A DNA stretch of 64,000 nt from Azolla caroliniana (taxonomy: Eukaryota > Plantae > Polypodiophyta): contig JBHGNT010000012.1 in the NCBI GenBank assembly GCA_043228905.1, positions 14,880,001-14,944,000 on the forward strand. The letters run 5' to 3'. Position 1 is the stretch's first letter. The number at the start of each line of letters is the position of its first letter. The position numbers and the translations under genes are program-made. The notes below the pieces were generated by a model. It had not been told where the DNA came from. It made no database searches and was given only the letters and a program-made list of their open reading frames with translations. Of the stretch, positions 1-13,100 are shown piece by piece.

Positions 1-169
1 AGCAACAACTACAAGAATTACAACCAGCAACTACTAACAGGTTACAAAGTCACTTTATATAGTGACTATCCTAGGGCAACTGCCCTTTGTGTTATTTACG
101 AAAATAGCCCAAACTTGGGCTGTCCAAGGGGATAGTGTGAATACGGCCATTATACACTCGTATTCAACA
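1..169 (-). mobile_element. LTR (partial, runs off the window) inserted into the gag zinc knuckle of the neighbouring copia
   Basis: On the minus strand it begins TGTTGAATAC at 169, exactly where the copia gag reading CGYCGKL (170-190) breaks off. It also shares the ctagggcaa(c/a)tgcccttt motif with the LTR at 1122-1370. Confidence 0.6.
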
Positions 170-1370
170 AAGTTTTCCACAATACCCGCATTTGATCGGG
201 TTGTTATGATTGCTCGGTCCGGCAAGATAGCTCCCCCTTCTGCCGAACTCTTTGGCATTGCTCCTGTTGTCTTGCCACTAGTGAGAGTTACGTTCTCGAG
301 TCGATTGAACCTATCGCCCTCAGCCGAATTGACCTCTATTTCCTCAGCCAAATCCTCTTCTATCGTCCGATTGTGAGTAGAGCATCTGACCATCCGATGT
401 TTTGCTCCTTTGTTAGGCATGGTTTTCTTCCACCAATAATATCGATTGAAAGTCAAAAAAGGAAGGTGGGTTCTCCCTTGCGAGGATGTTTGATTTGATC
501 GTGTCGAATCGTGGTGTTAAGCTACCGAGGCATATTTGCACCATTTCGTCATCGTCGATGATGACATTGATCGATCCGAGGGCATCACACAGCTCCTTGA
601 TCTTCAAGGTATAACCCGTGATCGACATATCCCTCTGTTGCATGTTGTTTAGCTCCTGTCGAAGTTGGAGCTTTCATGCAGCCATATTGGCCGCAAAGAT
701 CTTCTTAAGATTTCCCCAAGCTTCTTTTGGCGTTTTCAAATCTCGAATATAGCCAAGCATGTGGTCATGGACGCATGACACAAGGCAATACAACACACGG
801 CTCGTAGCCTGCTCCCACGCTAGGTAGTCAACGTGTGTCGGGTTGGGTTGCGTTACGTGAGCTCCCTCGATGTAGCTCCAGTAACCTTGTCCGACAAGGT
901 ACTGATGCATCTTGTACTCCCAAGATGTGAAATTTGTTCTATTGAGCTTCTCAGTGGGAAGAGCACTTCCCATCTAGGTGTTCATTGTCGAACTTCTTCT
1001 ACTCTTGATGCGAGCTGTGTAGAAATCGTTGCCACAGTGATCAATCGGTTCTCTACAAGTTTGAGCACAACACATGTAAAGGCGATGGGCTTGGATCAAG
1101 CGACCACGCGCTCTAATACCATGTAAAGAATTGTGAGTGATTTTGTGCAACGGAAGGACTGTGTGTGTGTATGTGCACAAGAGAGAGTGAGAGCTCTAAC
1201 CAAGAAATTGTATATTACATCCAACAGTAACTAAGTTACAAAAGGTTGGTTTAAATACCAACTAGTCTAGGGCAAATGCCCTTTCTACTAATTACAAAAA
1301 TGTCCTAGTAAGTTGTCCACTGACTAGTGTGAACACTATTCCTATAGGAAGTTGAGTTCGATTCTCAACA
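170..1370 (-). mobile_element. Ty1/copia element, 5' part: LTR 1122-1370, PBS and degenerate gag
   Basis: LTR reads TGTTGAGAAT...TTTACA on the minus strand. PBS TGGTATTAGAGCGC (tRNA-iMet type) at 1108-1121. Gag ORFs 674-973 (MGSALPTEKLNRTNF...WEYKMHQYL) and 413-643 are homologous to the other copia gags in the window. Confidence 0.9.
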
Positions 1371-2101
1371 GGATCCGATATGCTCACGAAGAACCTACCA
1401 ATGGATAGACCCAGAGCCTATCGACAAAAGACAGGATTGACTGACTCCCGCCCACTGAAGTGAAGGGGGAGTTTGTTGGGAATAAGTCCCTCCAGTGGGA
1501 GGAGCCGATAGTTTGGGCCAAGAAGTGCCGACAGTTGAAGACAAGGAAAAGCCAACAGTTTTGGCTGAGTGCCAATGGTTGAAGAGTCAAATGCGAGAAA
1601 GTCAACTGTGAGAGTCGACTGGGTGAGTCAACATGAAGGAGATCCAAGTCGAAGACATGACCGACTAGTCGGGCCGACCAGATGGTCAATGACCAGGCCG
1701 ACTAGTCGAACCGACTGAACAGTCATCACTAGAGTCGGATGATGGCTAATTATTCTTATAGATAATAATAGTAGTGATGTGTAGTAGGGGCTACACTTGT
1801 AAATAGCCCATATGATGTATTAGTATAAATACAGCTAGGGCAAACAGAAGACAATGTGTAGAGAGGAGAGAGTAAGAGTGTTGTAGTGAAGCGCGAGAGA
1901 AAAAGAAGAGGGAGAGAGCGGCGCCATAGCTGTGTGAAACAGTCGGCACCAAGAGCCCTGTGAGGTTGATACACTCCACAAAGAGTGTTGTAATCTTCTT
2001 TTTTTGTATATCCACTGTATAATGAAGCTCTGGTCCAATGGTTTTCCCCGTTTAGGGTTTCCACGTATTCTTCTTGTGAGTTAACGATTGGTTTTTCAAC
2101 A
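1371..2101 (+). mobile_element. 3' end of an LTR retrotransposon: PPT plus 3' LTR (1474-2101)
   Basis: GAAGTGAAGGGGGAG PPT at about 1457-1471, then TGTTGGGAAT...TTTCAACA. Shares its start and internal motifs (tattagtataaata...tagggcaaac; gggtttcc(c)acgta) with the solo LTR at 38618-39284. Confidence 0.7.
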
Positions 2102-2273
2102 ATGATTCCAGTCAGACTCATGTTGGCTGTGACATAGATTGGAACTCCTTATTTGTAGACTGCCTTCTGTAAAGCCGACGTTGTCATCAACATTTCCTTC
2201 AACCTTTTCATCACCTCCATGTGCTCCTCACCCCATGAAATGTTGCTAAGTTATCATAGGATGCCATGAAATG

Positions 2274-5200
2274 TGTTGAGTGAGCAAGCTCAACCGGATC
2301 TAGATCAGTTGGATAAGCTAGAGTCGGATCGGTGTCTACATAGTATCCGGAATGGGGAGCCGGATCGGAGAGCCAGACCCACGTGTGTACCGGTAGGCCG
2401 TTTAGAGGTCTACGCGTCTACTAGGTAGTCATGGTCCTCGTAGTTAGTGTAAGCCGCTTGTATGAGCATTGAAGTACATAGTACTTCTATCAGTCCCTTG
2501 TGGACTTGTATAAAGAGTGCTCACTGAGCACATCCTATGTACAAAGTGTTATTATTTTGAATTGAGTTTTATGATTTCTACTCTCTCTTGTGTATTCTAT
2601 GTTCTTAAAGCTTTCATTAAACCTTCACTCTCTGTTTTATGTTGTTATCCGGATAAACCGGTTTGTCAAAGCTTCCACGTATTAACTTTGACATGGTAAT
2701 AGAGCGCGAGGGTTGAGAACCTCCGCAACCGACGAGCGATTACTGAAGGCAAACCCTAACACCCAGTAAATAGCGACAGATGGATAGAAGTATGGCAAGC
2801 TCACTTCCGACAGAGAAACTTGACAAACACAACTATGCATCCTAGTCATACAAGATGCACCAGTATCTACTCAGACATGGATACTGGAGTTATGTTGAGG
2901 GGGTGTTGAGGGTGCGAATGAAATAGTGTCGGAGTCGTCACAAAAGGAGTTCCCGGCATGGGAACAAGGAGCAAGTAGGGTTCTATACTGCCTTGCATCC
3001 TCCGTGCATGACCAAATGATCAGCTACATTAGAGATGCTAAGACGTTGAAACAGGCATGGGAAAATCTGAAAAAGATTTTCGCCACAAGTACCTCAGTCT
3101 AGACGCTACAACTTCGGCAATAACTAAACAATATCCGACAAAAGGATATGTCAGTTTCAGACTACACCGCGAAGATAAAGGAGATTTGCGATGCACTAGG
3201 GTCCATTAACGTCACGATAGACGAGGATGAAATGGTGCAAATATGCCTCGGTGTTCTAGCTCAAAGGTACAGGCCCATCCGAACCGCTATCCTCACCTGG
3301 GAGAAACCATCGTCCCTCTTCGTCCTTCTTCGATGCTCATGGTCGAAGAAAACCATGCGAGTGGGTCAAGGACCACTCAATCAGATAGTCGAATGCTGTA
3401 TACGGAGGTGAATCGGCCCCGTGGGTGTGGAGGACGAGTTGGATTGGCACGCAATGCAGGCGGCCGACAAGAGTAGAACCGGAGGCACAGAGTTAGTGCC
3501 GACAGTAGTTCCGAACCCTCCAAAAACATGGGGAGTCAAAACTGCGCCAGAAACCGGCAATCGAAAACCGATACGGAATGCTGGTATTGTGGCAAGAAAG
3601 GCCACTGAGAAAGCAAGTGCTGGAAGAAGCGTGCCGATTCGGATAAATCTGGATCTGACAAGGCCGAACAAGGGAACCGACAAAGCTCTCACTACGCTGA
3701 AGGATCGGAAGGATCCGGAACTGGGAAGACCGAAAAAGGGCCAGCCTTTGTGATGAAGCACAAGGCTAACTTGATGAAGAAGATCACTTCCAAATCAATG
3801 GAAGTTTGGTACGTTGACTTCAGAGCATCAAACCACATGACGAGCCATGAAGAGTGGTTCTCGTTCTTGGAAAAGCCGGAGCAACCAGGAGTTGTCGAAA
3901 CTAGAGATGACACTCCTCACCCGATCGTGCATGTCACAAAAGTTCCCTCGAGTCATGCCAAAAAAAAAGGGAAGCTTATGAACTTGCTTCACATCCCAAC
4001 AATCACAAAGGACCTAATATTGGTTGAGCAGATCGTTGACTATGGGATTCAGGTGCGGTCTACACACCTCGAGTGCTTCATTGAGGAAGAAGGCCAGATA
4101 ATTGCGCAAGGGCACCGGGAAGGGAGGATGTTCATCCTTGACACCAATGACGTCGGCACCGCTATGTTCGCAAAAGGACAAAAGATCGAACATCGATCTC
4201 TGGTGCAAGCGGATCGGCCACGTCAACTATCGGAGGCTTCCAGACTTGCAATCGAAACAAGTTGTTTTCGGATTGCTGAAAGGCCCAAATTTGTGAAGCC
4301 TGCCAGCTTGGGAAGCAACACTAGCTTCCGTTCCCCACCGAAAGAAACCGGAGCCATAACAAGCTTGATCTAATACATTCGGATATATGGGGACCGACAC
4401 AGAACGTTAGTCTTGGCGGTAGCCGATATTTTGTCCCTTTCATCGACGACTACACCTGACACACGTGGATCTACCTCATCGAGAAGAAAAGCGAAGTCTT
4501 CGACTGTTTCTAGAACCTACGAAGTCTAATCGAATGGGAAATGGAGAGGAAAATCAAGTGCCTGTTGTTGGATGGCGGAAAAGAATATTTTTCTGGCCAA
4601 TTCAATAGTTATCTACAACAAAAAGGAATTCGAAGAGAATTCAGTTGTAGGTACACACCAGAATAACATAGTGTGGCCGAAAGGAAGAACCGGTTGATTG
4701 TCGACGCGGCAAGGGCAATGCTTGAGGAGAAAAGCATGCCCAAATTCTACTGGGTTGAGGCGGTCCGGACTGCCGGAAAGTTTTCTGAATAATAGCTCCC
4801 CGAGTTGCTGAAAAAGGCTTCGTTGTTCTGGCTAACAAATATTTATGATGAATGGCTACAATTTGACCGGACTGAAGACAGATGTCATTTTTACGGACGC
4901 TTCTATTTTCACTGAGCAATAATCCAAGCTTAATTAACAAGGTTGGTCGACGCGGGTAATTCCGCAATGAATAGTTAGAGAAAGGTCTATCTGGATAAAA
5001 ACCCGTGGTAGATTTAAAAACAAACCCATCTTCATCAATAAGCACATCCAAAACCAAATCGGGGATAAGGTGTTATCACACGAGCTGCATTTCGGGTGAA
5101 AGCCGAACTTGAGGCACCTTAGGATATTCGGTAGCATAGCCTATGTGCATGTACTGGATGAGAAGCGAAGGAAGTTGCACCCAAAGTCGAAGACATGCAT

Positions 5201-7957
5201 AGTAGTCAGCTACTCTCATGACCAGAAGGGGTATAAGTGCTATAAGCCCTGGACAAAGATAGTCCGAGATGTCGAATTTGATGAGTCAGCGTCATGGTAC
5301 TCTCTATTGGCTCCAATGTTTGACTCCGACACAATTCCGGAGGATGAGGCTAGTGATCCCGACGATCCGGGCCGAAGAAGAAGAAGACTTTGGTACTCTA
5401 GATGAGATTTCAATCTCTTTCTAGCTAAGTGGGCCAAATGAGTGACTGAGTTGGAACGACCAGTCGGACGATCAGCCGGCGAGTAATGGAGACTCAACCG
5501 TGCTTTCCCCGCATAAAGAACCAAGGAGACAGTTCACACACAAGGAAAAAGGGAAGAAGAAGATGTTGGGATATGACACCGGTAGGGAAGAGTCGGATCA
5601 GAGCGATCCCGACTTCGGAATGCAAGAAGTCAGACCTTCAAAAACGAAGTTTGGGCCTGCCAAAACGGCCCTCAAATCGACTAACGAAAAGTTACGCTGA
5701 TCAACCCGCCAGAAGAACCCCGTCAAAAGGTATGGGTACAATGAGTACATGGCGCCTCACTATGCGTACATAATGAAAATGGCGGAAGTGTGTGAGTCAG
5801 AGAGCTACGAAGAAGCGGCAAAAGACGCACACTAGCGTGCCACTATGGAGGAAGAATTGCGGGCACTTGATGCCAACAACACATGGGACCTGGTTGACCC
5901 TCCCCGACATTGCAAGTGGGTGTACAAAGTCAAGTATAATGTTGACAGTTCAGTCAACCAAGACAAGGCCCGGTTAGTGGCGAAGGGATATGCGCATACC
6001 CACAAAATCGACTACGACAAGACCTTCACTCCGGTAGCGAAGATGACAGGTGTTAGCGGTTGTTGCGGCAAGGGGGTGGCATCTTCATCAAATGGATGTG
6101 AAGAATGCGTTTCTTCAAGGTGATCTTGAAGAACGGGTTTACATGGTCCAACCCCCCGGATTTCAGTCAGAGATGAACAAGTCGTCAGTGTGCCAACTCA
6201 AGAAGTTGCTTTACAGTTTGAAGCAAGCCCCCTGAGCTTGGAATGCGAAAATCACGCACCGGTTGCGTAAGATGGGTTTTGTGACCTCAAAATCCGACTC
6301 TTCACTGTTCATCCGAAAAGGTCTGGACGGCCCGGTATGTATCCTACTATATGTAGATGATCTAGTGATCACCAAACCCAGGATTGATGAAATCGGCCGA
6401 GTGAAGTCCCAGTTGTCGGATGCATTTGAAATGAAGGACCTAAGGGACCTTCGTTATTTTCTAGGGATCGAGGTGATCCATACCCCCGATGGCATATTGC
6501 TCTCACAACAACATTATGTGTTGAATATGTTGTACAAGTTCAGCATGACGAATTGCCGACCGATCTCCACACCCCTGGACCGGAACCAACCTGCAATGAG
6601 AAACAATTTCGATAGATTGTCGGAAGCCTTATCTACTTAACTATCACCCGACCCAACATTAGTTATCTAGTCGGAGTGATTAGCCATTTCATGCAGAAGA
6701 CGACCATGGAGCACCTTCAGTGCGCACACCGGATACTCTGGTATGTTAGTGGCACTAAGGATAAGGGTCTATTATACCGACACGGTATAGCTGAAAAGCT
6801 AGTAGGATATACAGATGTCGACTGGGCTAGTGATGCATCGGATCGCCGATCCATCTCCGGATTCATGTTCTCTCTAGGTAGAGTGACTGTTGTGCGGAGC
6901 AGCAAAAAGTAGCCAACAATGGCCCTATCGATCACTAAGGTTGAGTATCGAGGCACTACCATTGGCACCTATGAAGTTATATGGCTTCGGCGGCTGCTGT
7001 AAGACCTCCGGATCGAGGTACCGACCCCGATCCTGATCTATTGTAACAATGTAAGCAGCATATAGCTCGCTAAGAACCCCGTATTTCATGCTCGGACAAA
7101 GCACATAGAAGTACATAATCACTTTGTGCGTGAGCGGGTCCTAAGCGGTGAAGTTGTACTTCGGTATGTTCACACGGATCGGCAAGTTGCCGACATCTTC
7201 ACCAAGCCCCTCGGATTAGACAAGTTGCAACACTTCTCGGAGATGCTCGGTCTCCAGCATCTCGATGTGCCACACTTGAGGGGGAGAATGGAGACAGGTA
7301 ATGGCACCGAACAAGGAGCCGGAGAGAGAGAGAGAACCAAGACAAGGGGAGACAAGAAGACAAAGGGAGTTGAGTCGACTGATAAAGTCGGCACATCCGA
7401 TAAAGTCGGAACAAACGGTGATGGGGGCATAGTCAAGAAGGATAGAGCCGATCGGAAGGAGAAGGCCAAGACCCGGACGTGGTTCAACGTGGTGAAGGGC
7501 TTGAAGGTTGAAGACGAATTGGAGACATCCAATTCAGACAAGAGCTAGAATGAATCGGAGGCAATTGATTCGCAAGTGGAGTTTGATTCGGAGGAGCCGA
7601 ATCAATTGGAGCCGTATTGGAGAGCCGGACCTACGTGTGTATCGGTAGGCCGTTTAGAGGTCTACGCGTCTAGACTACTAGGTAGTCATGGTCCTCACGG
7701 TTAGTGTAAACCGCTCGTATGAGCATTGAAGTACATAGTACTTCTGTCAGTCCCTTGTGGACTTGTACCAAGAGTGCTCACTAGGCACATCCTATGTACA
7801 GAGTGTTATTATTTTGAATTGAGTTTTATGTTTTCTGCTCTCTCAGTCTCTCCTGTGTATTCTATGTTCTTAAGCTTCCATTAAACCTTCATTCTCAGTT
7901 TTATATTGCTATCCGAATAAACTGGTTTGTCAAAGCTTCCGCGTATTAACTTTGATA
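2274..7957 (+). mobile_element. Ty1/copia element A, full span but degenerate (gag-PR-IN-RT-RH)
   Basis: 5' LTR 2274-2693 (TG...CA), PBS TGGTAATAGAGCGCG at 2694. The 3' LTR (about 7619-7957) lacks its first ~90 bp and the PPT. TSD AAATG/AAATT. Motifs include [30 protein letters not shown] and ADIFTKPL, with many stops and frameshifts. Confidence 0.95.
4776..5043 (-). pseudogene. rpoC2: Plastid-derived DNA fragment (NUPT) of rpoC2 inside the copia A integrase
   Basis: About 268 bp that are absent from paralogous copia C. The minus strand reads LIDEDG...KLGLLLSENRSVRKND...LQSGQIVAIH...RTTKPFSATRGAII, colinear with the remembered plastid RpoC2 segment (LMDENG...SLGQFICENVCI...SGQVI...RSAKPYLATPGATV). 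Confidence 0.85.
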
Positions 7958-8974
7958 AAATTCTATAAACAATGTTGTGGCTAATTTATCTTAGGATGCC
8001 ATGAAATGCTATAAACCTAATATTCCAAAATTGTACTCTTGCAGTTTAAGAGAAAAACACATAAGTTATCTAGAGGAACATACCAAAATCTACAAGAATA
8101 AAATTTTTATCATAAACAAAACAATAGAATATAAGGTATATGATAGCTTATCACCAACCATAAACCTTGAGGCAAATGCAATCCCATACTATAGGAGGGT
8201 AGGAACCACATAAGTTATGATTGACTTAAAAGCAAATATTGAGTTGGAGAGAGTAGTGAGCAAGTACAAGGATCGATAATCAAATAGCTCATGCTTATAG
8301 AGCCCAATGGCAAGTCTAAACCATATGCTAGATGGTTTAGCTTTAACTCCCTAATGAGTCATATGACTTAGTTATGTGTATGCTTGGAGCAATCCCTCTA
8401 CACGCATGACACTTTGAAAAGAAAAGGGTGTGCCCATGGATGATGACGACGTATGAGATAGTATACGCAAAAAACATGCCGAATTCTCAACTACATGCGC
8501 CAAGTGGCAAGTTGAAAGGGTGGAGATATTATGAATTGCAAAAAGACGACCAAACCACGTAAGTAAGGGGATCTTCGAGAGCAAGTGCCATTGCTCAGTT
8601 TGTTTTGTCACATGCTTGATATTGGTTAGAGTGATAGATAGCTTACATGACATGTTCCACAACTATTGAAGTCGCAATATGTTGTCTGAGCGAAGAGAGA
8701 GCCCGTAGAACCCGAGTGTATGAATGACATTAGCCAGCTCATCTAGGTGTTTCATTATCATCGAATATGACCTGATCGAAAGCAAGGGGGGGGGGGGGGG
8801 GGTAGATGAGTGGGGGGATCGATCAAATGCAGAGAGGCCGACAGGAGGAGGAGACCCAGAAGGAGCATCATAATTTGGGTTATATTTTGTGTTTGCTGAA
8901 TTGAAGAAGAAGTGTTAATGCCAACATTAGGTGATAAATAACACCTGCCTTCTTATTAGTAAACAATTTCCAAT

Positions 8975-9248
8975 TCAAGTAGATTAATAAGTAATAAATA
9001 AATAAATATAAATAAACAAGTAAATAAATACATAATCGAATAAATAAGTAAATATGTAAACAAACAAAGAAACAAAGAAACAAACAAAGAAATAAATAAG
9101 TAAGCAAATAAGTAAATAAAATAAATAAATAAAGAAATACGCAAATAAATAAATTAAATAAGCAAATAAATAAATAAGTAAAATAAGGAAATAAATAAAT
9201 AAAAAGAAAATAAATAAATAAAAAGAAAATAAATAAATAAAAAGAAAA

Positions 9249-9343
<95 letters not shown>
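8975..9343. repeat. (TAAA)n microsatellite grading into degenerate A-rich repeats, upstream of SEC16
   Basis: Perfect TAAA run at about 9248-9343 with degenerate units upstream. A poly-G run lies at about 8785-8802. Confidence 0.95.
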
Positions 9344-9379
9344 GTAATGTAGTAGATTTCTGTGTTCTCCCTCTCTCCT

Positions 9380-9678
9380 TCTTTTTCTTCCTCTTTTAAA
9401 GCTTTCAGCCTCGGCTATGGTGATCCTCTCGAGCCGATCTGATTTCGTAGAAGCTCTGATAAATTTTAGAAAGTAGTGTGCTTCCTCCGTTTGATTTTCT
9501 GTTCTGAGCTTTGGCTGCGGATTAGGGTTTGTACAGGAAAGATAGGCAGTTTTTTTTTTCTTCTGTGGATCAGAACTACAGTTCCTTTCTGTGGATCGGA
9601 TTTAGTATTTTTTTTACTCCTTACATTTGGATCGGAGCGAAGTTCCCCTTTTCCACAAATTTTATTCCTCAGCATCAG
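9380..9678 (+). other. Probable 5' UTR exon of SEC16
   Basis: CT-rich leader followed by a CAG|GTAAAA donor at 9679, upstream of the ATG at 10170. TSS and acceptor not resolved. Confidence 0.4.
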
Positions 9679-10169
9679 GTAAAAACTATAGATGGTGAAA
9701 TTCTCTCAAATTTGTTTTTCTTTATTTTCATGGTTTTTTCGATATTTTCTCTGAAGAAAATCGAAATTAGGAATTCGCGGTATTTAATTGCCGTCTGTGA
9801 TTCCTCTATACCAGGGAAAGCTATGGATTCTGTGATCTTTAGGTCATTTTTAAATAAAAATCGAAGCATGAGAAAGAATCTTTGAATAATTTAAATCGTT
9901 GAAAACAATTATGGGTTCTCTTGTCATTAAAACCTTAATGATTATTGAAACATTGAAAAGCATTTGAAAGGCTTCTATCATCCCTCTGCATCAGGAAATA
10001 GCTATGGAGTTCGAAGGTCCTTTCTGAATATATTAAAGTTCTAAAGGCCCTTGAATAATTGGAAATTATAACTGGTTCTTGGATCATTGGAAATCAAGCA
10101 TTGAAAGCCCTTCGATGACCAAGAAATCATATCAGGTCTACATCTGGTTTAAATCGTCATCATCAAAGA

Positions 10170-13100
10170 ATGGCTTTTCAAACCGATAACGACCAAGAAG
10201 ATAGTGATTTCTTTGAGCAACTCGCAAACGATCTTGGAGATGAAGATAGTGGGTCTAAAAAAAGCTCAAATCTAGATGACGATACAAGCTTTGAAGAAGC
10301 TTTTTCAAGGCTTAATGTGGATTACCAAGGTAGATCTAATGTATCTGCACCTGCTTCAATGATAGAACAGAGTGGTGGCGGATCAGATGATTTCTGGCTT
10401 GAAGAAAGCCTTCTCACTCTTGATACCAAGGAAGAAGTGAAGAAAGGATCCATTATGGATGGAGAAGATAGTGTTTTGCTGCCAGTGGATACATCTCTTG
10501 GGTCAGATAACTCATTGTCGGTGCTTCCACCATCTGATCTCAAATCGATAGAGTCAGCTGGATCTTTTACTTCACCACAGATGCTTGTTGAAACTGATGG
10601 TAATGAAGATCTGGGAACAGCTATGGAGGGTTCAATTATACCTACAATGGTCGACAGCAATGTAAATGTAGCCCTAGGATCATCTATGGAGGGCCTTATT
10701 ATGCCTCAGATGGTCAAAACTGATGTAAATGGAGAACTAGGTCTATCTACTGAGGGTTCTATTATGGCTACCTTGCCTCAAATGGATGCGGCCAATGTGG
10801 ATAATAATCTAGTTCCACTGATGGATAGTGCTATTTTGCCACCAGGCATGTTCCCAACTGATGTAAATGGAGATCTTGTTGTCCCATCTATGGAAGATTC
10901 TGTTATTATCACTTCAACTGATGCTAATGGGGATCTATGCCACCCATGTATGGATGGTCCTGTTATGGAAATTCTAACTCCAACAGTAGAAACTACTGTA
11001 AATGGAGATGTAGGAACACCTGTGGATGGTGTTATTACAAAACCAAGGAAGGTCGAAATTGATGCAAATAGAGATCAAGGAAACTCATCAGTGGATGATG
11101 CTATTATGGCACCAGATGTGGACATCAGTTTTATACCTGACACAATCGGCATAGGAAACGAAGAGGAAAGGCAGCAGTTTTCATTGAAGGAACCATCATT
11201 AGATGATGCTCATACTATGGTTACTCCTAATACTCAAGTAATCATGAATAGCTCCATTGACTCTGAAGGTGTAGTCCGACAAGAGAGTCAAGGAAGTGTC
11301 CCTAAAGATGCTACTGACATCTCTCCACCAACTGTGAAAGTTCTGGACTGGAGTAGCTTTGGGGGTGTGATTCAACCCAACTCATTTGGATCTTATTCCG
11401 ATTTCTTCTCGGATTTGGGAGGTCAGGAAGATTCAAGTTCGGGCTATGGAATTAGCACAATCAATCAAAAAGACCATGTTAAATCATCTTCAATGGAATC
11501 CTCTATTGCACAAGAGGGTTGGGGGAACAGTAGTCAAATAATACAACCTAGTGGATATGATGAGGCAGAGTATTGGAATCAGCCAGAAGTCATCAACTAT
11601 GGTGTTGGAGGCATGGAGGAGATAAATGAAGCCCATGTAACCACAGCTACTGTGGTGGGTGATCAGCAAGCACTAGGGTATAGCAATACAGGGTTTGTCG
11701 GTACAATAGGAAACAGTATTGGGAATATATCAACAGGAGTCGAAACTCAACAACAAGATGTACAATCTTGGGAGAATATGTACCCTGGTTGGTATTTTGA
11801 TTATACAACCAATGAATGGAAGCAAAATATCCAAGCTGGATCTGGTGCAGTGGAGCAATCCTATACTAATGTCGCCGAAGTGGATCAATCCTATAACACT
11901 GTTGCTGAAGTGGATCCCCTCTACACTAATATTGCTGATCTGTCTTCCAATTTCAAGGTAATGGATCCTTCACTTGCCCAAGACGGTTCTAATATCAATC
12001 CGGTTGCAACAATGCCTGCGTCGTCATGGCAACATTTAACTCAAGAACCGAGTTCTCAGTCAATGCCAGGAACAGATCTCTCACATGCACAAGAGGGTTC
12101 TACTATCAATAAGGTTGCAATTCTAGCCGGGTCATCATGGCAACAAACAAGTCAAGAACAGAGTCCTTGGTCCACGGAAGGAATAGAACCTTCACTTGCA
12201 CAACATGGTCCTATCAAGCAAACTCTGTCTGGATCATCGTGGCAGGAAACAAGTCAAGGTCAGAGTTCTTGGTCCATGAGAGGAGTAGATCCTTCACTTC
12301 CACAAGAGGATATCAATCCAACCCTGTTTGGGTCATCATGGCAGCAAACAAGTAAAATACAGAGTTCTTGGTCTATGGGAGGAATAGATCCTTCACTTGC
12401 ACAAGAGGGATCGATCAATTCAACTCTACCCGGGTCATCATGGCAGCAAGCAAACCAAGAACAAAGTTCTTGGTCTATGGAAGCAACAAATCCGTCACTT
12501 ACACAAGAAAGTTCTCTCAATGAGGTTGCAACGCTGCCTAGGTCATCATGGCAACAGACCACAAGTCCAGAACAGAGTTCTTGGTCAATGGCAGGACCAA
12601 ATTTGGGAATGCACACACAACTTTCTAATATTGATCAATATGCTACTGATACACAACTTTCCAGCATTGATCAATATGCTATGAACACACAACTTTTGAA
12701 TAATGATCAATATGGTACTGATGGTGGTTTGGCACATCAACAAGATGTCAGTTGGGAAAACCAATATCCTGGTTGGTATTATGACCATGCAGCGCAAGAA
12801 TGGAGACAAATAGATGTAAATGCAACCTTCAATCAAGAGGCCTCTCAGGTTACTGGTGAGCTGACTTCCTCACAATTGGCTAGCGACACCTGGGCAGAGA
12901 GGCAAGATCAATCGTACTATCAAGGAAATGTGAATCAGGGTGCTTATTGGCCTGAGAATAGTCAGAGTTCATATAGTAGTGGCACTAATGCAGTGACAAT
13001 GTTGAATCGTGACGCGTCATTCAACTCATGGGCAGATTCGAAAGTTCAGCAAGTGGATATCCAACATCCACTGGCTGGGCCAAATATTGAAAGTATCAAT

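Noticed and set aside
8880-9144. Hydrophobic ORFs resembling membrane peptides
   Set aside because: They are translations of the (TTTA)n microsatellite.
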